A stretch of 64,000 nt of DNA. It comes from Eledone cirrhosa. Taxonomy: Eukaryota. The notes under the pieces were generated by a model, which was not told the origin of the DNA, ran no database searches, and saw only the letters and a list, made by a program, of their open reading frames with translations. Location of the stretch: contig OZ024740.1 in the NCBI GenBank assembly GCA_964016885.1, positions 335,792,001-335,856,000 on the forward strand. Direction: 5' to 3'. A program made the position numbers and the translations under genes. Shown piece by piece: positions 54,886 to 64,000 of this stretch. Numbering within the stretch: position 1 is the stretch's first letter; each line of letters begins with the position of its first letter.

Positions 54886-56142
54886 GCATGTATGAGTTCT
54901 TATATATAACATCGTGACAATAAATCTCTCCATCATTAGATGATTTTAATGTGCATGGTTGTCGAAAGACACGATGAGCAGAGTTCTAACCTTATCTACG
55001 ATAGTCTTTTTTCTTTGTTGTTTTTAATCAATAGAATGAAAATCTTTGGGATGTGAAATCAAATTTTTTTATCAAGGAACTACTTCCATGACCACACGTC
55101 TTTGTCACAGTATAGCTATTTGATGAGTATTTAAAATATTTCCTATATAGGGTTTTAGTATATTGCCAGGAGCATTTCATTTCGAACAGTTGTTTTTCTT
55201 TCATTTAAGATAGCTCTGGTTAAGATAGCTCACTTCTCAACTCTATAGTTTAATATTTAATCCCGGTGTGCGGTACTTTGGACATAGCAGGGATTAGATG
55301 ATACTCGTGTTAGCGTAGTTTTGCAGCAGAATCTGTGTGGAAGCTTACCGAACTGAATATTACTATTCTTAAATGATAGAATTAATCAGTTGCCCTTATC
55401 TCGTCCATGTTTGAATTTACCGGCGTTCCACTGAGTTGCAACCACCTGGTAATCTCTGGTCTCCGGAAAGCTTCTCTTTATCTCATCGATCTCGCAGACA
55501 GTCGTCAGGATGTGATTTAGGGAAGATTTGGATGCTATTATTAGCATGTAAAGTGATAACATGTAGGCTTCTCCATTAGTCCTTACTGGTGCAGTGTTTG
55601 GAAAAGATTAAAATATTGGTTTCAAAATTACCACAAGACTTCAAATTATTGTGTTTAAGTCCATCCCAGCACTTGATTAATACCACATTTACGAACCGAA
55701 GATGAATGAAAGACAACCACGGCAGAATTTAAAAATCAAATGATTAGAAGATATACACCAACAGTCCAAATATTTAAAAAATGATTAATGAGATAGAAAT
55801 AATTGAATTAATCCCTTCAAGACAATGTCCCAGCATGGTCACAGTCTAATAACTGAGGAAAAATGAAGGAATAAAGGAATAAAAGAATATATTATACAAA
55901 CACAGAATAGTAAAAACATAGACTACTCCAAACTTTTTCATTCGTAACATCTTGACATAGATGTACGTATAGTCCCGTAACTCCCGATCGAGTCGTAAGA
56001 GCACCGTATTGACATACGGCGTTTCTTGGGCATTTCAAGTCTGGCGGAGCCCATCCCTCTCTAGGGCTGAGTACAGCAGATTTCTTCCAGAGAAAGTTAG
56101 AGAGTGAGAGACAGGAAATGAGAAAGAGATATAGAGGAAGAA

Positions 56143-56285
56143 TCAACCCTAGTACTAGAGTGGTACTTTTCTTATCGACCTCGAAAGGATGAAAGGCAAA
56201 GTTGACCTCGGAGGGATTTGAACTCAGAAAGCAAAGAGCCGGAACGAATGCCATAAAGCATTTTATTCGACGTTCTAACGACTCT
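56143..56285 (-). mobile_element. tRNA-derived SINE copy
   Basis: TTATCGACCTCGAAAGGATGAAAGGCAAAGTTGACCTCGG..TTTGAACTCAG. Confidence 0.85.
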
Positions 56286-57064
56286 TAACAGAGATACACG
56301 GCCTTATATGTATGTATGGGTATAGTAAATTAGATTTATCACAGTACTTAATTAGTACTTATTTTATCGTTGAATTTGAAATAGATGTACCATTACAGAC
56401 GATCGAATTGTCTGGCACAGACGTACAATTGCAGACTGGCAAGTATATATTACTATTATTTATATATTACTATTATTTATAGCTTCAGTGTTTAAGACGC
56501 AGACAGGTTCTACATCAAATATTTTAGAGAAAAGATGACATATAAACCAGAAAAGACAGTATCTGTAGAATGTAATAGCTTTTAATGACTTGGGAATACA
56601 CGGGATTGAATATTGTTTCTTGGATAAATATTTGCTTCATACAATAATGCGCCATGTTGTGCTAGCTAGGTCGACATAAGTATGCGCTGTATTCCTTATT
56701 TCATCGATACTGAAAAGAATGAAAGTTAAAATATATTTTAGCAAGATTTGAACTCAACATTAAGTAATGAAACTAAATACATCAAGTTCACTCTATTGTT
56801 TCTATCATTCCCCCACTTTTTTTTTTTTTACTCTATAGAAATATTGAACAGACTCAAGGAAAATTTCAGACAGCTTATATAGCTTTTCATACTTGGTATA
56901 TGTAATCCTATTACAGTTTCAGAAATTCTTTCACAGTCGATTGAATATGTTTAAATATATACGATATAGTAATTTAAATGCCGTGTCGTGTCTTCCAAGA
57001 TTTTTATCAGGACTCTTCTAAACCCCACACAAGTGTCTACTTATTGAAAAATAATATATATACG

Positions 57065-57111
<47 letters not shown>

Positions 57112-58215
57112 ATATATATATTCCTATATGTAGATTTACACGCATATATGTATGTTTGTATGTATGTATTATATCCATATGTATATTCCTATATGTAGAT
57201 TTACACGCATATATGTATTTTTTGTATGTATGTATGTATGTATGTATGTGCAAAGTATATATATATATATATACACACACATATACTCTCTCCTATATAT
57301 ATATATATAGGAGAGAATATATGTGTGTGTATGTGTGTGTGTTTAGATTTGCAAATACGATGAAGAAGTGCTCAATATCAAAGGAGAGTATATTGGATAG
57401 AGAAGCAGACAGACAGATATAAATAGAATTTATTCAATGATAAATGTTCTCTTATTGAATGTTCTTCTATTCTACTTATCGTATTGAGTATTTTTCACTG
57501 CATTGCAGTCATGTAGCATTAGAAATATAGAATACATTGCAACAATAAGATATCTTTGTTACAATATCTAGACTTAACTCTAAATTTCTTTCTTTGTAGG
57601 TAGGTGTCAGTTATGAGTAGTGGCGGGGAGACTATTTGAACTCTGTCACCCTGCTTATATAATAAATGTCTACCTATTTATTTTGCTTTAAAAGTAGTGT
57701 TTTATTGATTAGACCACGTAGCGTTGCGCAGTCAATAATATGTTTAATATAAGTCATATTTCATTCGGTAGCACTACGTGACTGAAAGACCAACGTTTGA
57801 TACAGGCGAACATAGCTAAACAAAATTTTACTGGTCGAACTTTGCTTCCTGTTTATTACACACATATCCACACTCAAATATACCTTATACACTGACATAC
57901 ACAAGCGTTGGTTTTTTTTGTTTTTTATCACATCTTGTTCTAGATGATTGGGCCACTGATAATGTTTGTTATATCACAGCTGTTCCTCTCACTTATGAAT
58001 GTTTGTATGTAGCTCGACGCCGACTGGTTAGCTTTGATCTAAATCTGAATAACACAGCAAGTATACTATCAAAAGCCATTCAAATCAGTAATTATAATTT
58101 CCTCTTGATTGATTATCAGAGATTAGACACTCGACATTGCATTCTGAAATAAAAACAAGATTCAAAAGATTTTTTTTAGTTTAAAGCTTGTAAATATATA
58201 TACATATAAATAAAC

Positions 58216-58266
<51 letters not shown>

Positions 58267-58505
58267 TATGTGTGTGTGTGTGTGTGTGTATGACTTTTGT
58301 AAATTAAGCAATAATACGCTCAACAGGACTAGTTTTATTTCGTCGTTAAGAATTCATCCCTCAAGTGAAGATACGGACACAGAACTTGTATTGTATGAGT
58401 CATCAACTTAAAGAAACATATGACATGTATCCCATCTATTACATTTGAGTACATTGTCATAATTTGTGGTTCGGTCAGTTTTAAAGATTAATATATATAA
58501 TATAT

Positions 58506-58537
<32 letters not shown>

Positions 58538-58566
58538 GTAGTGAACGTGCGTCTACACGTGAGAAC

Positions 58567-58663
58567 ACATATCTGAGGAGCTTCCGATTTCAGAGTAAGT
58601 CAGGAACGAACATTATTCGAATCGTTCCTTGAGCTGATCGGCACTGAAACATATGTAATATGT
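58567..58663 (+). ncRNA. Type I hammerhead with long stem II (same family as 5653-5749)
   Basis: ACATAT-CTGAGGA-..CCGAT..AGGAACGA..TCGTTCCT..ATCGG..-GAA-ACATATGT-A-ATATGT; the base of stem II is imperfect. Confidence 0.75.
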
Positions 58664-58716
58664 AATTATATATGTATATGATACAATACTGGTTCTTTGT
58701 TTCCATTTATTATTAT

Positions 58717-58820
<104 letters not shown>

Positions 58821-59053
58821 TTATGTGAGTATTTATGTGTGTGTATCTGTGTGAATTTGTGCGTATATGTGTATTAATGGATGAATTGGTGTGTGAAAAT
58901 ACAGAAATACGTAATACCTACTAAACACAAAATAAATGCATTTAAAACTGATAGCGTATGGTCTTCTAAATGTTTTAATTAAACATACGGTATATTGCCA
59001 AATATACTATACATACATTCATGTATACATCGCTATTTCAGAGCACCAATCCC

Positions 59054-59121
<68 letters not shown>

Positions 59122-60530
59122 ATAGAGAAATTAATGTAAGCAAAATGCCAACAATTCAGACATATAAGTGACTATACCATCAAGATAAAAAAGTGTTTAA
59201 TGTAAGATATGGGAAAAGTAATACAATCTTAATTTAAAACAAATCAAGAAGATAAACTTTATCCTCAGACTTTGTGTAAGTTGGGGAAAAAGCAATACAA
59301 TCTTAACTCAAAATAAAATCAATATATATATATATACGCTGTATTTTACACTATCAAAATCTTTTGTGAATTATATGAAGGCTACATACTCTGGGTTGTT
59401 AAATTCAAATGATTTTTCAATAACTTGCTCAAGGGCATTTATTTCTTTAATAGACATATAAGACATATCAATGAGGTAAGATTTGAATGTGAAAAGAGGG
59501 CAAACATGACTCAGAATGCTAACAAAAATTGTATTTGTAATGGGGCGGTTTCACGTGGTTGTCCTGGACCTCTAGGTTTCTGCACGTGCTGACTGATCCG
59601 ACTAATGCAATCTGCAATTTGCCAATCACAGTGATAGCATCATGCATCTATGTATGCCGGTTATGTAAACCGTCATCAGCGAATATAATTCTTAAAGCAA
59701 GGGGTTGTGTAGTGGCCTGTGCAGTCTGTGCGTCAAGAACTTAATGCTACAATGGCTAAGGCAGTTGTCATCAGTGACATCAGTGACATCAGTGCCTTCG
59801 TAAGTATGTTGCCACTGAGAGCAGGTAGTATAGTGTTGCTGCAGTTACTTTTACATGTACTATGATACAGAATCCGAAATGTTCGCATCATTTCTAATGA
59901 AGTTGTTACTAATCAATATGTAAATAAATCTTCACTACCAAATGTTCAACACCTACCGAACTACCGGGAAATTGTATATTCTCTTTATTGTTTCTACCAG
60001 TATCGAAATTACCACCTCTGCGCGAAATTACCACCTCTTTAAACTTTTATATAAACACCAGATATTCATCTTTCATGCACATTCCACGTGCATCAAACAT
60101 TTTCTAATCATTTTATCCACTAATATTCCCGCAACAACAGCCGTCTTTAACATATCAGAACCTATTCATTTTTCTTCAAAACACTTAATTTAACTTTTCG
60201 AACTAAACCGTATCTCCATTAATCTCCCGCAGTCATAACTATTCCCCTTTCTAAAGAAACTAAATAACAATAAGACTTTCTTTCTTAAAATAACGAATAA
60301 ACAAAAAGCGTTAACAAGAAAAATAAAATATGCATGTTATATATTCCAGTTGTTGCCTGGCAGGAACATTTCTATGTTTAACAAAGAATAAGAAAAAAGA
60401 ACTAAAGATAATTTGATACATAGTTTCACAAAATGTCTTCTAAGAATCAGATGAAAAATAGCATAATTAAGAATTAGATAGGCATAGATTTGCATTCATT
60501 GAAGTCATTGACAAACATTGGTTTTTCTTT

Positions 60531-60636
<106 letters not shown>

Positions 60637-60927
60637 ATTAAAATAGATAACAAATATTGCCAAATGGCATAGCATTAGCATGTATTAACGCCGAAAGTTA
60701 AGAACTGTCAAATATTTCTTAATAAAAGGTAATAAGTAGCATGAAGAATGACTAAACGGTATTTGGTAACACTTTCAATTTCAAATACTGTATCTATTAA
60801 TCTTCATTTTAAAAACATTTGTTGCTTTAATAACAAACATGTCGTCATTAATAACAAACATGTCGACATCTTCCTATAATTAGCTTCATTTGATATTACT
60901 TTCATCATCATTATTATTATTATTATT

Positions 60928-63900
60928 GTTCTTTGAGTCTCAGTCATTGATGTTATTTAACTGGAAAGTTTGTTGAAATGAATATCAAGCCGCTACCTGC
61001 AGCCTCAGCTATTCAGGACGTATCGGAGGGTTGTTGCTGTTCCCAGCAAGCATGCCTTTAGAAGTCTTCCAAAAAGCGGGGCTGGACTAACTTTCTTTAA
61101 CCATCCTTGGAAACTCTTTGAGATAGTACCTAGTGCTCCTATGACAATCGGGACGACTCTGACTTCATGGCAGTTCCAAATCCTTTTTACCTCCCACTTT
61201 AAGTCTTGGTATCGGTTAATTTTCTCCCTCTCCTTCTCTTGTACAGTCATGTCAAATGGGCAGGCTACATCCACAATCAGGCACGATCGTTTTTCCTTGT
61301 CCAAAACCACCAGGTCAGGCCTATTGTGTTCCAGTTTCTTATCCCTCTGTATCCTAAAATCCCATAGCACCTTCACCTGATCGTTTTCTATCACCGACTC
61401 TGGCTTACGCTCATACTACTTCACAAAATGTGGTAAATTGTTTACTTTGCATAGGTGCCAATGGATCACCCTGCCCATCACATCATGTCTCCAGCCTTTA
61501 TAGTGAGTCTGGGCTAGGTGTTTACACTCGGATACAATGTGAGCCACAGTCTCCTCTCTCTCTCCACAGATCCTACACAGTGGGCTAGCCTCCTCCTTGT
61601 AAATATGGTGTTTCACCCACTTCGTTTTGAGTGCTTGCTCTTGCGCAGCCATTAGCATTCCTTCTGTAGCCTTTTTAAGGTCTCCTCTTTTTAACCAGTT
61701 CCATGTCTGTGGATCTCTAAATTCAGTTTTCTCAAAGAAGGTACTATGAAGGGATTTTTCATGAAGGTTGGTCTTCCTCCTTGTTGTTATTTCCTCCTTG
61801 GACACCCCCTGGTCTATTGTCTTCTCCTTCAGTACAATTCTGAGCATTGGCTCCCTACTGTCGGTCACGTATTTGTGCAGGTTGTTTTTCTCCATCTGAA
61901 CACAGTCCTCTATGCTGATAAGACCTCTTCTACCTTCATATCTCTTTAAGTAGAGTCTATCGACATCACTCCTCTTGTGGAACATGTTGTAGATAGTCAA
62001 TAGCTTCCTAGTCTTCCTATCCATTTCTTTTTGCTCAGCAACATTCCATTTTAGAATTCCCGCACTGTACCTAATAATAGACACAGCTCGGGAATTCACT
62101 GCACTTATGACATTCCTACTATTTAGATGTGATTTTAATACGCTCCTTACTCTCCTAATGTACTCAGATCTTATCAATTCCTTTATCTTTTTTGTTCTTG
62201 ATGTCATCTGCCTCAAGAACACCTAAATATTTGTATCCTTCTTCAGTGTCAATTTCCTTTATCATCTCACCTGTTGGTACCTGGATTCCGTTGCTTCTGC
62301 TCAATTTACCCCTCTTCATCACTAGAACTCCACACTTATTAATACCAAATTGCATACATAAATCACTGCTGAAAATACGGACAGGGTCAACAAGTATATC
62401 CAACCCCTTCTCACTGTTCCCAAAGAGTTTAAGATCGTCCATGAAGAGGAGGTGGTTGCTGGTAAGCTCTCCTTTTCCCAACTTGTATCCTGCTCTTACT
62501 TTTCGCAATATAATGATCAGGGGTATCAGGGCAAGGACAAATAACAGAGGGGACAGACTATCTCCCTGGAAGACACCTCTCTTGAACTTCACGCCTCCCA
62601 AGGATTCTCCACCCGATATTAATTCTGTTTCCCAGGACTTCATACTTTTGCTCAAAAACTGTCTGATGTTATCTGCCACCTTGAAGATTTCTAGGCTTTT
62701 GGTTATCCAAGAATGAGGTACCGTGTCGAATGCCTTTCCATCCCATGGCAAGACCATCTTATCAATAAGTAGCTGGTCTTCTGTACCACGGGACTTCTTT
62801 CGGCATCCTTTCTGTTCGTCCGGTAACAAGTTGTTTGTGTGGAGGTGATGGTAGATTTCCTCAAACACAATGCTTGTTAACAGTTTCCACATTACGGATA
62901 GACATGTGTTAGGACTATAGTTGGTAACATCATTACCCTTGATTCGATCTTTCATTACCAGAACTGTGGTACCTTTTGTCAACCACTCTGGTACCTCACC
63001 CGACAGCAAGCAGTCATTGAACATGGTTGTCACTTTCGGGTGGAGGGATGTTATATTTTTAATCCAATACCCCTGCACACCATCTGGCCCTGGTGGTTTC
63101 CAGTTGGTTAGTTTTCTGACCTGCCCTTTAAGAGTTTCAACTGTGATACTTAAATCAGTTTGTTGGTGTGCTTGTTCACTAATCATTATGTTCAACATCC
63201 TGCTCCTATATTCCTCTCCAGAATGTCTTAGTCTGTTCCGCCTCAGGGATCAAGTCGTTGCCTCTTTCTTTCACTTCAAGCTGCCCAAACAACATCTTCT
63301 GGTTGTTGTCAAACATGCAGTTCTGTCTATACTGACTGACTCTGCTCTCATACCGCCTAATCTTGGCTCTCTTTGCTACAATGCGTTGCTTCAGTTCCTC
63401 TATGATAATATTTAGCTTTTTCCACATAGTTTTGTACTTTATTTCCAGTCTATTTTTAGTGTCTATGTTTTGTAGGGACTCGAGCTTTCCAATGTCATTT
63501 CTCATTTCCCTGATTCAGTCGTTTCTTCCACCAAGGTTATGATATTTCTTGTTTGTTGTTTCCTCTCGTTTTTATGCCGAGTCATTTCCTCACCGCATTT
63601 GCTGTTGCTTTGAGGATATTGTTGCATTGGTGAAGGTTCCTCGCTTCTTTTAACATTTTCCTGTCTACAAATCTTAGGTTCATAGGTTTCCCACTATCAT
63701 TGTTCATTTCATCTACCACTAAGTTTAGGATATCAACCAAATCTTGTCCTAGCCAGTCAGCATCCATTTCCTCAATGGCCGCATCTTTGTTCCAGATGTT
63801 ATTTATGTCAGCATTCAGATCATTGTCTGCTTCAGATGCTTCCTCCGGTCTCACAACCTCTTCACCTTCATTTCCCACTGGCTCGTTTGCCTGGTATACT

Positions 63901-64000
63901 CCACTCTCCATTTCCAACCTAATCTCTCTGCTCAGTTCCTCCAGTTCCAACTCGCTTATCCATTCATTACTTCTGATTACCCGAGCCTGCCCGGCCAATT
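60928..64000 (-). mobile_element. R4/Dong-like LINE copy running off the window end, decayed
   Basis: Minus-strand ORF pieces 61005-63998 are highly similar to 50933-54225; (TAA)n tail at 60910-60927; several deletions and frameshifts. Confidence 0.95.

Noticed and set aside
59640-59682. Minus-strand CTGATGA plus CGGTT/AACCG hairpin
   Set aside because: GCAT replaces GAAA, and no stem I or III forms.
59510-59900. Moderately GC-rich unique stretch as a host exon
   Set aside because: No recognisable peptide in the frames examined and no convincing splice context; a small exon cannot be excluded.

Overview
AT-rich, microsatellite-saturated animal genomic DNA, probably an octopod cephalopod judging from the dominant tRNA-derived SINE (inference). 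I found no convincing host exon. Nearly all interpretable sequence is mobile-element derived: three copies of an R4/Dong-like LINE ending in (TAA)n, a second R4-like family, a 3'-truncated L1/Tx1-like LINE, RTE fragments and RTE-derived non-autonomous elements, a Chapaev3-like DNA transposon with TIRs and a TTA TSD, a hAT MITE, a Helitron and many SINEs. The main signal missed by the ORF track is RNA-level. About 20 type I hammerhead ribozyme (HHR) motifs from roughly 10 non-coding families can be folded by eye. Most sit next to (TA)n tracts and are arranged as tandem monomers and/or fold-back inversions. The clearest case is a near-identical 312-bp x ~5 array with one HHR per unit, a retrozyme/circRNA-like organisation. 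A ~200-nt structured RNA domain recurs three times with stem-preserving substitutions upstream of HHRs and matches nothing I recognise. All folding and alignment was done by eye; no database search was run.
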